In this document: one piece after another, positions 23,645-34,981 of the stretch
How the letters are laid out: each line of letters starts with the position of its first letter
Position numbering within the stretch: position 1 is the stretch's first letter
Assembly: GCF_001194135.2 (NCBI RefSeq)
Contig: NC_068982.1
Span: forward strand, 67,055,136-67,118,344
DNA: 63,209 bases
From: Octopus bimaculoides
Taxonomy: Eukaryota
Direction of reading: 5' to 3'
Translations under genes and position numbers: made by a program
The notes under the pieces: generated by a model
Told to the model about the DNA's origin: nothing
What the model saw: the letters and a program-made list of their open reading frames with translations, nothing else
Databases searched by the model: none

Positions 23645-24090
23645 GTTATTGTTGTCATTCAGCTACAGGCAGATGCTTGTGAACTAGACCTCTTGTGATC
23701 AAATGTATTCCATCCGTAATCATCCATCTTTTTCCTATGTGCAGGCAATCCAGGGCCATATCTATGTTTTTTTTTTTTAACATCATAAATTGTAATCTGA
23801 AGGTGATTTAGCTGCTATTTTAGCAGGTTAGATGTTGTTTTTCTGGCTCAAAGTTATTTTAGTGTTTCATAGATCTGTAACTTTAAGAACTGAAGCATTT
23901 CTTTAGTTTTATATCTTTAGAATTTACACCAATTTACTACTATGTGGTTGTTAATATGTTAGAAATAGCTGCCAGACCTTTTTAAAGTCATATCTCACTG
24001 TCTTAGTAAAAAAGGAAGGACATATTGGATAATATAGTTCTTTAGTATGACTGAAAATGAAACAAGACAACTATGGCTTGAATATCATTG
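23645..24090. repeat. Two family F copies in inverted (head-to-head) orientation
   Basis: GATTTAGCTGCTATTTTAGCAG (-, ends about 23830) and GTTAGAAATAGCTGCCAGAC (+, from about 23955). Confidence 0.6.
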
Positions 24091-24136
24091 ATTATTGGTT
24101 TGCACCATTTGTGATGATTTGAGGGCTAAACATTAT

Positions 24137-24330
24137 TTTAACCCTTTTTTACATCAATCCATCTGAGACTACTCCTGGATCTATATTATACAAAGTTTCT
24201 GTTTTAAAGTGATCTGCATTAAGAAACCTTCCATCAAAATTTCATGTCAGTTTATGTTCTAAACACCAGCTCAATGATGACTAAATTATTTTACTAAATT
24301 CTTCATTATTTTAAAAGCATTATTGAAATA
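24137..24330 (+). mobile_element. piggyBac-like MITE fragment
   Basis: Starts TTAA-CCCTTT; other end not found. Confidence 0.4.
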
Positions 24331-24404
24331 CCAAGACTTCTGGCAATTTGCTGTGCTTGATAAGACACATCAAGCTAAGTGAAATTATGGTTGTGGTCAG
24401 TACT

Positions 24405-24645
24405 GGTGACACGTAAAAGGCACTTGTGCCAGTGACACATAAAAGGCACTCATGCTGGTGCCATGTAAAAAGCATCCTGTACACTCCGTAAAGTGGTTGG
24501 TGTTAGGAAGGGCATCTGGCTGTAGAAACCAAGCCAAAACAAACAACTGGAGCCTGGTGCATATCTGGCTTACAAGCCCCAGTCAAACCGCCTAACCGAT
24601 GCAAGCATGGAAAATAGACATCAAATTAAATTATGATGATGATGA
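24405..24645 (+). mobile_element. SINE family B
   Basis: GGTGACACGTAAAAGGCAC (x2)...GGTGTTAGGAAGGGCATCTGGCTGTAGAAACC. Confidence 0.8.
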
Positions 24646-24779
24646 AAGGTAGTATATTTCAACAGAAATATAGGGTAAGTATAGCATCCAGCCTGTCTCT
24701 AGCCACCACTTTTTTTTGCCCCCAAATCTATCTTCAGTACCTCTCTCCTACAACTTTGTGTCCTTGCGTCAATGTGAGA

Positions 24780-24880
24780 AATCACCATGGCATTTTGGGT
24801 AAGTGTCTTCTACTATAGCCCTAGGCTAACCAAAGCCTTATAGGTGGATTTGATAGGTAGAAACTGAAAGAAGCCTGTTG
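24780..24880 (+). mobile_element. SINE family A, 3' part
   Basis: GGGTAAGTGTCTTCTACTATAGCCC...GGTAGAAACTGAAAGAAGCCTG. Confidence 0.7.
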
Positions 24881-24929
24881 TGTGTGTATGTATGTGTCTG
24901 TCTGTCTGTCTGTCTCTCTCTTTCTTTCT

Positions 24930-25165
24930 CTTTGACTTGATATTGTATGATAGTTGTAAATGAGTGTCACCATCATACATGCTGTGTCATTCGTTTCCAA
25001 TCTTCCATGAAAACATGGCTGCTGATAGGGAAGTATTATGTTGACTGGGAACAGTTGAGAGTTGTAGGTGACAAGAAGGGGGTTTCAACTTTAGAAAAAT
25101 TTCATTTGACCCATATAAGCATGGAAAAGTGGATATTAAAACAATGATGATGATGATGACGGCAA
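24930..25165 (-). mobile_element. SINE family E
   Basis: GTTGTAAATGAGTGTCACC...GCATGGAAAAGTGGATATTAAA(ATG)n. Confidence 0.7.
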
Positions 25166-25469
25166 TGACGACGATATCTTTTCCCCACAGTGTGTGATTG
25201 AATCTATGTTAGGAATCAATATGTAATATCATGGTGTAGAGTTTTAATTGCATATGGTTGTCAGTCCTCCTAATTATGATAAAATAAGTATTAGTAATTT
25301 ACTAATGTTGACTTAATTGACTAATTGCCTCTCCTCTAAGAACTGCCTGCTGTTCTAAATAAGAAGAGATCAATTAGTATCAATCTATAAGGTGATTGAC
25401 TTTTTGTTAAATAACTCTGGTCAGAGCTCTGACATAAAGATAAACAAATGTTTAGTATTATTATTGTTA

Positions 25470-25640
25470 CTGTTTGGTCCCAGGTCAACCCAAAGGCATT
25501 CCAGCCATGATCTACCCATCAGATATTTTTTCTTATATCAGGTACCGTACTGACTTATGTATCCTTGTGTATTTTGAGACAGTAGTGTGTAATTTGAGGC
25601 AGATTTGGTTGGTATTTCTAGCAAGTTGAGCAACTGCACA
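25470..25640 (-). repeat. Family F
   Basis: GGTCCCAGGTCAACCC...GCATTCCAGCCATGA...GATTTGGTTGGTATTTCTAGCA. Confidence 0.6.
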
Positions 25641-25729
25641 TAAGCTCCCTTGGTTTATGCTCTATAATAACCCTAAGATAGAATATTCTGGATATTCAAA
25701 TACATAATATCCAGCAGATAATTAACATC

Positions 25730-25970
25730 ATCATTGTTTTAACATCCACTTTTCTATGATTGTATGGGTTAAATGAGATATGTCAAGGCAGATTTTGTGT
25801 GACCAGATGCCTTTCTTGTCACCAACCCTTATGCATTCCAAGTAAGATAAATATTTTCTCATAGCCAGATATGTTTTTCATGGAAGACTGATAATGAACA
25901 AAACCACTTGTAAGATAGTGACACTTAGTTACAACACTCGCACAATGTCAAGTCAAAGAGACACAAACAC
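25730..25970 (+). mobile_element. SINE family E
   Basis: GGCAGATTTTGTGTGACCAGATGCCTTTCTTGTCACCAACCC. Confidence 0.7.
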
Positions 25971-25991
25971 ATACTCTCACTCTCTCTCTTG

Positions 25992-26025
<34 letters not shown>

Positions 26026-26199
26026 ATCTCTCATATATACCCATTCATGGTGAAATAAACATCAGAGATGCTTTGCTCCATGCAAAAACTACGCAAAAAT
26101 TTTGCAAGCTCTTCTAAATCCATTGCAATGTTGGAGACCCTTCCCTGTCATCAGCAAGTATCTCAGGGTTACCAGTGGTTCACCCCTTAGTCTATATGA

Positions 26200-26338
26200 A
26201 CAGTTTTTTTCAGTTTCCATATACCAAATCCACTCACAAGGCTTTGTTTATCCTGGGATAATAGTAGAAAATACTTGCCATGCAGTGGGAGCTTGAAACC
26301 ACATGGTTGGGAAATGAACTTATTAACCATGTCTTCAC
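26200..26338 (-). mobile_element. SINE family A
   Basis: TTCAGTTTCCATATACCAAATCCACTCACAAGGCTTTG. Confidence 0.7.
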
Positions 26339-26560
26339 TTTTAACCCTTTGACATTTAATCCAATCATATCTGGCCAAAATATTCTACTGGTTTTCTGTT
26401 CAAGCTAGTCAGATCTGGTCTCTTACACCGACCTTACAATATCATTCTAAAAATTAACTGTTACCTCATCAAAATCTCGAAGTTATAAAATAATGCATGA
26501 TTGATACAAAAGAATGTGAATAAATAGGCATTATCTCTGACAAAATAATGTTAAATATAC
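26339..26560 (+). mobile_element. piggyBac-like MITE
   Basis: TTAA-CCCTTTGACATT start; similar to the reverse complement of 27137-27308. Confidence 0.5.
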
Positions 26561-26567
26561 TGATGCA

Positions 26568-26847
26568 AGCATGGCTGTCGGTAAGAAGTTTGTTTCCCAA
26601 CTATATTGTCCTGGGTTCAGTCCCATTGCATGGCACCTTGGTCAAGTGTCCTCTACTATAGCCTCTGGCGGACCAAAGCCTTATGAGTGTACTTGGTAGA
26701 CAGAAACTGAAAGAAGCCTGTCTTTGGAGCCTGGTGCAGCATCCTGGCTTGCCAGTTCTCAGTCAAACTGTCCAACCCATGGCAGCAAGGAAAGCAGACG
26801 TTAAATGAGGATAATAATGATGATGATGATGATGATGATGATGATAG

Positions 26848-26878
<31 letters not shown>

Positions 26879-27105
26879 GATGTGTGTGTCTTTGTGTCTG
26901 TATGTATGTTCCCCAACACTGCTTAACAACCAGTGTTGGTGTGTTTACATCCTTGTAACTTAGCAGTTTGGCAAAACAGAATGAGAGAATAAGTACCAGG
27001 TTTAAAAAAGTAAGTACTACAGTTGATTTGTTCAACTAAAATTTTTTAAGGTGGTGTCCCAGCATGGCTGCAGTCTAATAACTGAAACAAGTAAAAGATA
27101 TAAGA
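26568..27105 (+). mobile_element. Composite SINE A, family B tail, microsatellite, family C
   Basis: A 26568-26720; B tail 26720-26845; C 26890-27105. Confidence 0.8.
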
Positions 27106-27136
27106 TAAACATGAAACATATTGGTTGTGAGTTCAA

Positions 27137-27308
27137 CCCTTTAACATTCACATTGTTTTAGATTAAGCATGTGTTATCTTGTAGCTTTGCAATTTCAATG
27201 ATGTAACTGTTTATTTCTAGAATGACATTGCAAGGTAGATGTAAGGGACTGGAGCTGGCCACACAGAACATGAAACAGGTAGATATGTGTGGTTTAAGTG
27301 CTAAAAGG
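27137..27308 (-). mobile_element. piggyBac-like MITE
   Basis: TCAA-CCCTTTAACA...TGCTAAAAGG-TTAA: TIR-like ends with a TTAA-type target. Confidence 0.6.
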
Positions 27309-28139
27309 TTAAGGTGATGGTCTACTGAATACTGCAAAGGCTTCATGCTTCTCACTCTAAACTCAGTAAAAGTCAGAATAGTTTCAATTAATTTTACAAT
27401 TTATATTCACTTCTCATTAATCCTATTGCTATTTCTCACCATGTAATGCCAGCATGTTCTAATAGGAAGGCTGCTTCTGCTATGTAGCTACTCCCCTTTG
27501 GAGATTCACTGGACCAGAACAAGTGTTCTATTTGATTTCAGCCTACTGAATAGAAAACAAAATTAATGTGGAGCTGATGTAAAGAGATGTATTCATTTAT
27601 CCATAGTGTTGAATGTTGGAATTTACTAATCCATCAAACCCATGCTAACTGGGGTGTAAAATTGATGTGAAAAAGAAAAGGAAAGAAGTCATTTTGATTA
27701 TGCTAATTACATGAGTTTTTATGTAGACATAAAGATCATTTTGATACCTTCATATGATGCATCTTTACCACAGAATTTACTCTATTAAATAAATGGAAAG
27801 CATCTCCTAATATGAATGGAAACCATCAATATGAATGGAAACCATCAGTTCATAAAAAGAAATACTGCTAAAAAGTAGCTGCCACACCACCACCAGTGCT
27901 ATCTTCCACAAAAATAAAAGAGAGAAAGGAAAAAAGAAATAAAAATGCTACAAGCTTTATAAGATCATTAATGACTATATATGTGTGTGTATGCTTGTAT
28001 GTTGCAGATGCATACCACTATGTGTATGCATTTTATCACATGTATGTGCATACCTGTGGTGACAAAAGGACTTTGTCAATTGTAGCTTATGGATTGATAG
28101 AATGAATTAATCAAACAATCTATTAGTTAATTGGTTATC

Positions 28140-28280
28140 TTGCTACATAGCCATGATGTGCTTTTTGGGTTTAGTTCCACTATGCAGAATCTTGGACAAG
28201 TGTCTTCTACTATGGCCATGGGTCAATCAATATCTCGGGAGTGAATTTGGTAGACAGAAACTGTGTGGAAGCTCATCATA
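28140..28280 (+). mobile_element. SINE family A
   Basis: TTGGACAAGTGTCTTCTACTATGGCC...GAATTTGGTAGACAGAAACTG. Confidence 0.7.
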
Positions 28281-28336
28281 TATATATCTATATTTATATC
28301 TATCTTTCTCTCTCTCTCTCTGTGTATGTATGTATG

Positions 28337-28378
<42 letters not shown>

Positions 28379-28384
<6 letters not shown>

Positions 28385-29229
28385 GCAGTGAATAAACTGT
28401 CTAAATTACATGAACGAAAATAACACTGACATCTCATTTTAAGATATATTTACCAAAATTACATAAAAATATCCTGAAATAAAGAGTAAATTTATTCTAT
28501 AAAATCACCATTGGTTTCAGCCACAGCCTCCAGACAACTTTGGAATCTCCTGCAGCTCTTCTGGATGGTCTCCTTGTTCAAGTTGGTGAATGCTGCCATA
28601 ATCCTTGCCTTCAGTTCATCTCTGGTTACAAGGAGTTTTGTTGGTCTCTCAGTCAACTGCACCCCACACATAATAACTAAGGGGGTTGCAGTCTGGGGAG
28701 TTAGGTGGCCAGGTGTTAGGGGTGATGTGGTAGCAGAAATTGTTTGACAGCCATGACTGGGTTCTTCTGCTTGTATGGCATAGTGCAGAGTCCTGTTGCC
28801 AGACATGGGGTCTTCCAGCAGCCACCCTCTTGACCCAGGGCAGCACTATCTCCTCGAGGCACTTGATGTAGGCCATGTGAGAAGATGAATGGAGGCAAAA
28901 CATCGCCATCACTAATGTTCACTCCAAACACCATTATGTTGACTGGAGGTTTGATTTTTATCACTCTTGGTACACGTCCTCAGATTGCACTATCCTAAAA
29001 TTGACACCCAAACACTCTGAAATGTTTGTATTGGAGCTTCTGTCGTGAATGCCAAGCAGTACATCATGTCATTTCCAAATTTCTGGCAGAGTAAATTGCG
29101 TCATATTTTTCTCACAGATGGTGCTCAACTGTCCCTCCTACACTGTATAGTCAACAAAATCAAAAACAAATAATGCGCATGTGTGAAATTAAAAATATAA
29201 AATAGCAACAATTTACCCATTGCACCCTG
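28379..29229 (-). mobile_element. DD37D (maT-like) Tc1/mariner, internally deleted, both TIRs present
   Basis: QQDSALCH...WPPNSPDCNPLSYYVWG with 37 residues between the 2nd D and the 3rd-D position; TIRs CAGTTTGCAGTGAATAAACTG / CAATTTACCCATTGCACCCTG-TA. Confidence 0.92.
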
Positions 29230-29235
29230 TATATG

Positions 29236-29475
29236 TCATCATCATCATCATCATCGTTTAACGTCCGCCTTCCATGCTAGCATGGGTTGGACGATTTGAC
29301 TGAGGACTGGTGAAACCGGATGGCAACACCAGGCTCCAATCTAATTTGGCAGAGTTTCTACAGCTGGATGCCGTTCCTAACGCCAACCACTCAGAGAGTG
29401 TAGTGGGTGCTTTTACGTGTCACCCGCACGAAAACGGCCACGCTCGAAATGGTGTCTTTTATGTGCCACCCGCAC
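29236..29475 (-). mobile_element. SINE family B, young copy
   Basis: Near reverse complement of 141-440; CpGs retained. Confidence 0.85.
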
Positions 29476-29499
29476 GGACTATATGTGTGTGTGTATGTC

Positions 29500-29720
29500 A
29501 TTGTGTCTGTGTTTGTCCCAACCACACTGCTTGACAACCTGTGTTGGTTTTTTTATGTCCCTGTAACTTACTAGTTTGGCAAAGTGACTAATAGAATAAG
29601 TACCATACTAAAAAAGAAAAATAAGTACTGGAGTTGATTTGTTTGACCAAAAACCCTTTAAAGTGGGACCCCAGTATGGCCACAGCCCAGTGATTGAAAC
29701 AAGTGACAAGTGAAATAGAA
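29500..29720 (+). mobile_element. SINE family C
   Basis: TTTGTCCCAACCACACTGCTTGACAAC...GATTGAAACAAG. Confidence 0.75.
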
Positions 29721-29811
29721 CTAGTGTGTATGTTCATTGGCATAATGACCCTCTCAAGATGCAATATGTTTCAACAGACAAATTTACATCAAGAATTTTG
29801 GAAATCAAATA

Positions 29812-30200
29812 TCATCATCATCATCATCATTTAATGTCCACTTTCCATGCTGGCATGGATTAGATGGTTGGATTGGAACTGGTAAGCCATTCTGATGTGG
29901 CATGGTTTCTCTGGCTGGACGCCCTTCCTAATGCCAACTACTCCAAAAGTGTAATGGGTTCTATTACATGCCACCAGCACAGGTGCCATTTACGTGACAC
30001 CAGTAACAGTCACAACTACAATTTCGTGGGTGCCATCTACACGAAATCGGCAGGGTGCCATTTACATGACACCAGCAATGGCTACAACTACGACTACTAT
30101 TTCATTTGGTTTGACAAGTCTTCTCAGCACAACACTGTCAAAGGTCTCGGTCACTTGTCATCACTTCTCTGAGGCCCAACATTCGAAAGATCATGCTACT
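29812..30200 (-). mobile_element. RTE 3' UTR / family B tail with internal tandem subrepeats
   Basis: GGTGCCATTTAC(G/A)TGACACCAG x2 plus the B tail. Confidence 0.65.
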
Positions 30201-30784
30201 GGCAACAGCCACAAAAATGAAAATTTTTTATTGAATCACAGTTTAAAAAATAACTGCAATAATATCCAGGTTTCTTTCTTCTTTACTCATGGATCTTTTG
30301 GAAATTACAATACATTTAATTGCAGCATGGAAGGTGTTTATAAGCCATTTAAAATAACACACAAAATCCGTTAGATTCACTTCAACATTTAAATTTAATT
30401 TGTCAAAATATTTTCGTCGCTTTGAGACCGCGACCTGTTCACTGACAAAATTCTGTGCTTATTAATGTTTTTCCAATTGGTTGTGCTGAAACCCCTCTGT
30501 GTTCACACTTCCACGTGGTTGTTTTTTTTTTTTTTTCATCTCTAAGCCATTAAGTTCAAGTAATTAAAAAAATTCTGTTCCATTGTTGAATTTAGGTAAG
30601 AATTTAACCTAGAATTCTTCAGTAGCAACTTTAATCTTCACACAACAAACTAGTGCGTTTATTTTAAGGCACATGCAAGGGCACATTAACACACACACAC
30701 ACATCTGAGTATCTCCCTGTATGTATTTGTGTGTGGTGTGTGCGTGTATGTGTATGTGCGCATGTGCGTGTGTGTATAGACCCA

Positions 30785-31215
30785 GATTTGGCTGTGTGGT
30801 AAGAAGCTTGCTTCCCAATCCATGGTTCCGGGTTCAGTCCCATTGTGTGACACCTTGGGCAAGTGTCTTCTACTATAGCCTTGGGCCGACCAAAGCCTTG
30901 TTAGTGGATTTAGTAGGTGGAAACTTAAAGAAGCTCTTTGTATATATATGTGTGTGCGTGTGTATATATATGTATATATGCATGTATATATTTATGTGTG
31001 TCTTTGTGTCTGTGTTTGTCTTCCATGCCATCACTTGACATCTATTGTTGGTGTGTTTACGTCTCTGAAACCTAGTGGCAAAAGAGACCAATAGAATAAG
31101 TACAAGACTTACAAAGAATAAGTCCTGGGGTCAATTTCTTTGAATTAAAATCCCTATTAGGGTGGTATCCCAGCATGGCTGCAGTCAAATGACTGAAACA
31201 AATAAAAGAATAAAA
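30785..31215 (+). mobile_element. Composite SINE A plus C, well preserved
   Basis: GGCTGTGTGGTAAGAAGCTTGCTTCCCAATCCATGGTTCCGGGTTCAGTCCC...; C tail 31005-31215. Confidence 0.85.
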
Positions 31216-31284
31216 GAATATACACATACACACATACAAATACATATATTATTATCTTGACATCTAATATTCCATGCTTGCATG

Positions 31285-31425
31285 CAGGGCTGTTGCTAAG
31301 CCCCTGCAACCCCTGTGGTTGCAGGGGGCCTTTGCAGTTGAGGGGCCCCATGTTAAGATCAAAAGTATATAGATGAGTCATCTATAAAAAATATAAAATG
31401 GCAACAATTTACCCATTGCACCCTG

Positions 31426-31468
<43 letters not shown>

Positions 31469-32204
31469 TCATCATTGTTTAACGTCTGCCTTCGATGCTA
31501 GCATGGGTGGGACTATATATGTGTATGTGTGTGTATGTCTTTGTGTCTGTGTTTGTCCCAACCACACTGCTTGACAACCTGCGTTGGTTTTTTTATGTCC
31601 CTGTAACTTAGTAGTTTGGCAAAGTGACTAATAGAATAAGTATCATACTAAAAAAGAAAAATAAGTACTGGGGTTGATTTGTTTGACCAAAAACCCTTTA
31701 AAGTGGGACCCCAGTATGGCCACAGCCTAGTGATTGAAACAAGTGACAGAAGTGAAATAGAACTAGTGTGTATGTTCATTGGCATAATGATGTGGCATGG
31801 TTTCTCTGGCTTTGTACCATGAATGTGTACCAGACTTTGTGGATTGTCTATGATATCTATTGCATATGAACTTAGCCCTCAGTTTGATTATTCTGAACTG
31901 ATCTATGATTTCGCAAAGCAAAAATGCACGGTGTTTGTCTTTGAAAATTACCTGGATTATAAAAGTACTCCTTTATTCATATCTGGAAGTTTTACTTATT
32001 GAAATTTATAATAAACCTAAATAAATTTAGCTTGTTGTACTTTAAAGATGTTCTTTAGTATAACGTGAAATATTGAACTTCAAATAGAATAAAGTAAAAT
32101 ATAGCTATGAATAAAAGGTGTGCAGATTATGAATTTCGATTGAAGGGATGGGGCCTTGAAACAAAAAGTTGCAGGTTGCCTCTGAAAGTTATGCAATGGA
32201 GCTG
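31285..32204 (+). mobile_element. Non-autonomous hAT element with 8-bp TSD CTTGCATG, inserted in a family E SINE
   Basis: TSD at 31277-31284 and 32205-32212; TIRs CAGGGCTGTTGCTAAG / degenerate GTTATGCAATGGAGCTG; transposase C-terminal remnant RLCGLSMISIAYELSPQFDYSELIYDFAKQK at about 31830-31930. Confidence 0.85.
31386..31811 (+). repeat. Local duplicate of 29191-29916 with two internal deletions
   Basis: Colinear high identity; deletions bounded by GGAC and TGA microhomologies. Confidence 0.92.
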
Positions 32205-32410
32205 CTTGCATGGGTCAGATGGAATTTGTTGCAGCACATTTTCTATGGCCAGATGCCCTTCCTGTTGCCAACCTTCACCTGTTACCAAGCAAAGTAATTC
32301 TTCTCAATGGCCAGACACACTTTCACTGAATATTGGAAATGAAAGACACCACTTGTTATATAGTGGAACTTATTTACAACTATTGTATGACATCTAAACA
32401 AGGAGACTCT
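32205..32410 (+). mobile_element. SINE family E, 3' part (5' part at about 31250-31284)
   Basis: CTTGCATGGGTCAGATGGAAT continues the TTCCATGCTTGCATG start. Confidence 0.8.
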
Positions 32411-32454
32411 TGCACACACACACATACATACACACACATGCACGCATGCGAACA

Positions 32455-32575
32455 TGATATGCTTCTTTCAGTTTCTGCCTACCAAACTCGCAAGGCTTTG
32501 GTCAGCTTGGGGCTATATTAGAAGACACTTGCCTAAGGTGCAGGGTTGGGAATCAAACTTCTAAATCACACAACT
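32455..32575 (-). mobile_element. SINE family A fragment
   Basis: CTTCTTTCAGTTTCTGCCTACCAAACTCGCAAGGCTTTGGTC. Confidence 0.7.
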
Positions 32576-32592
32576 ATGCCCCCCCCCCACAC

Positions 32593-32619
<27 letters not shown>

Positions 32620-32630
<11 letters not shown>

Positions 32631-32925
32631 AACTTTCCCATCGAATGCGACATATGACCATCCAGCTGTCGCTGAATGGCTTGCACTAATGATTTGTTTA
32701 TAGTGATCAAATGTTCGTGCCACACATTAGCTCTCTCTCCATCAAATTGACGTTGTCTGAACAGGTGCACTGTGTACCATGTATCAGGTGTCAAAGTGAT
32801 TGCATAGTAATGTGAGATGAAGTGTTTTGTTCAAGAACACAATGCACCACCCAGTCTAGGAAATTGAAATCACAATCGCTAGATCGTGAGTGCAGACCTT
32901 AACCACTAGGCCATTCACCCTCATA
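32620..32925 (-). mobile_element. tRNA-head SINE (separate family)
   Basis: Reverse strand TGGCCTAGTGGTTAAGG (A box)...GATTTCAATTTCC (degenerate B box)...GTGTTCTTGAACAAAACACTT. Confidence 0.55.
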
Positions 32926-32927
32926 TA

Positions 32928-32962
<35 letters not shown>

Positions 32963-33050
32963 TTTTTAGAAAAACATATATCCAGAGAAGAAGCACACAC
33001 ACACATAATATATGTGTATATATATCTCCCGTACTCCCCCCTCTCTCACT

Positions 33051-33203
33051 NNNNNNNNNNNNNNNNNNNNNNNNNNNNNNNNNNNNNNNNNNNNNNNNNN
33101 NNNNNNNNNNNNNNNNNNNNNNNNNNNNNNNNNNNNNNNNNNNNNNNNNNNNNNNNNNNNNNNNNNNNNNNNNNNNNNNNNNNNNNNNNNNNNNNNNNNN
33201 NNN
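33051..33203. other. Assembly gap (153 N)
   Basis: N run. Confidence 1.
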
Positions 33204-34019
33204 ACACACACACACACACATAAACACAAATACAAGATTGCATCGTATATACATGTGCAGACAAACACATACATGCTCACATACACATGCACCACACTGA
33301 TATACATCATGTATTTATACTGACACATGCTTGCACAATATATATATATATATATATATATATGGACACACACAAAAATACACACATATATACGAACATT
33401 TACAAAGACATTTGTGTGTATATGTATTTGTAAGAATAACTATATATACTTACATGTATGCTTGTCTGTGTTTGATATGTATGAGTTAGAATTTCACTTA
33501 ATATCTGCTTGCCAAACATACAAAGCAACTTCTACAATAATAATAAACAAAGAGAAAAAAACTAGGTATTGATAATCTCTACTAGAATTCCCCAGCTTTA
33601 CCAAAAGAAGAATTTTTTCTGTTGACTGTTTAACACAATACATCAAGCAAGATGGTACCTTCTCACATTTTTGAAAATATTTTGTTTTGTGCCAATATAG
33701 TCTTTTGTTCAGCCAAATCAGATAATCTTTTCAACAACAGCAGTTTTCAGTGTCAATATTTAGACAATATTTCCTCTATTTGTAGTTTACTTATTCATTG
33801 AAAGTGGCCCCTTACCATTTATTTACCAAGGGATTCTTTACCCCATCTCTACTTTTAGTGCAATTTCTTTTTTTCTTTTGATTTCTTAAACAAATGAAAT
33901 TGCCCAAATATTTTGGTAGAATATCTTCAGAACTTGGCACTTGCTTACTCCCTTACCTCATTCTTCTGGTTATTTGTTGTAAAATGCTATTTTACAAAAC
34001 ATCTATTGTGAATAAATGA

Positions 34020-34215
34020 CCCCAGAATTTATCTTTTATTTTTTACTTGTTTCAGTCATTAAACTACAGCCATACTAGGGCACATCCTTCAAGAGTTTAG
34101 TTGAACAAACTGTTGTAGAAAACACTTGCTCAAGTTGCTGTGCAATGGAACTGAACCCAAAACCACATGGTTGCAAAGTGATCTTCTAAATCACACATCC
34201 ACCCCTGTGCCTATA
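34020..34215 (-). mobile_element. Composite SINE A plus C, deleted
   Basis: C motif TTTTACTTGTTTCAGTC, then A motif GAACCCAAAACCACATGGTTG. Confidence 0.6.
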
Positions 34216-34339
34216 TTTGAAATATTAATTATACAAAATATTGGTTTACTAAATCTGCCTCCATTTTTTGTTGACTGTTATTGTTTGTCATTATCAATAG
34301 TTTTTCTTTTCTTTTTTAAGTCAGTAAGGAGTGATTTGA

Positions 34340-34620
34340 GAAGGATTTAACTGCTACTTTTAGCTGGTTTATCAAACAGCCACAGGATTTCTTGAACATT
34401 GTTTTTTGATTTCTTGTTTCTGTCGTTGAGTCACAGCTTTGTCCTGATTGGGCAGCTCTATGATTAAATATGATCAATGCACTCTAGCTATGACCACTCA
34501 ATCTGTTTAGTATATTAACAACTATATTGTCTCTGTGTCCTTCCATTTTACAGACAGCAAAGTGCAATTTGAATATTTGGCTGTTATTTTTAGCAAGTCA
34601 TGTGACTACATAGTAGCTCC
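34340..34620 (-). repeat. Family F copies
   Basis: GATTTGAGAAGGATTTAACTGCTAC; ATTTGGCTGTTATTTTTAGCAAG. Confidence 0.55.
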
Positions 34621-34787
34621 CTTCTCGGTTTATCTGTAGTTGGATTGTGGTTCCATTCTCAAATCATCCATGTATCCCTTTATTTATTTATATATTTGTA
34701 CTTTAATTTTTGCAATATAGTTGCTACCAATGTAATTTGCTTTACATTATTTACATTTGATGGATATTTGTCATCTTGTTTGTTGTT

Positions 34788-34833
34788 AATACAACGTTTC
34801 GGCTGATATCCCCTCCAGCCTTCATCAGGTATC
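34788..34833 (-). ncRNA. Minimal type I hammerhead ribozyme
   Basis: GAUAC CUGAUGA A GGCUG GAGGGGAUAU CAGCC GAAA CG UU / GUAUU: 5-bp stem I, 5-bp stem II, palindromic AACGUU stem III, GUU cleavage triplet. Confidence 0.8.
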
Positions 34834-34981
34834 TTGGGGAAATTTTGAACCTGGGTTCTCATTCCTAAGGTATTTTTCAATGTTATGATTATTATAATTA
34901 TAATTATTATTATTATTATTCAGGTCTCTGCCTGGAATCAAACTCAGAATCTTGGGGTTAGTAGCCTGCACTCTTATCCAG

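Noticed and set aside
33570-34010. A-rich minus-strand frames with two GTAAGG donors
   Set aside because: Stops interrupt every frame and acceptors are weak; possibly decayed transposase, unassignable.
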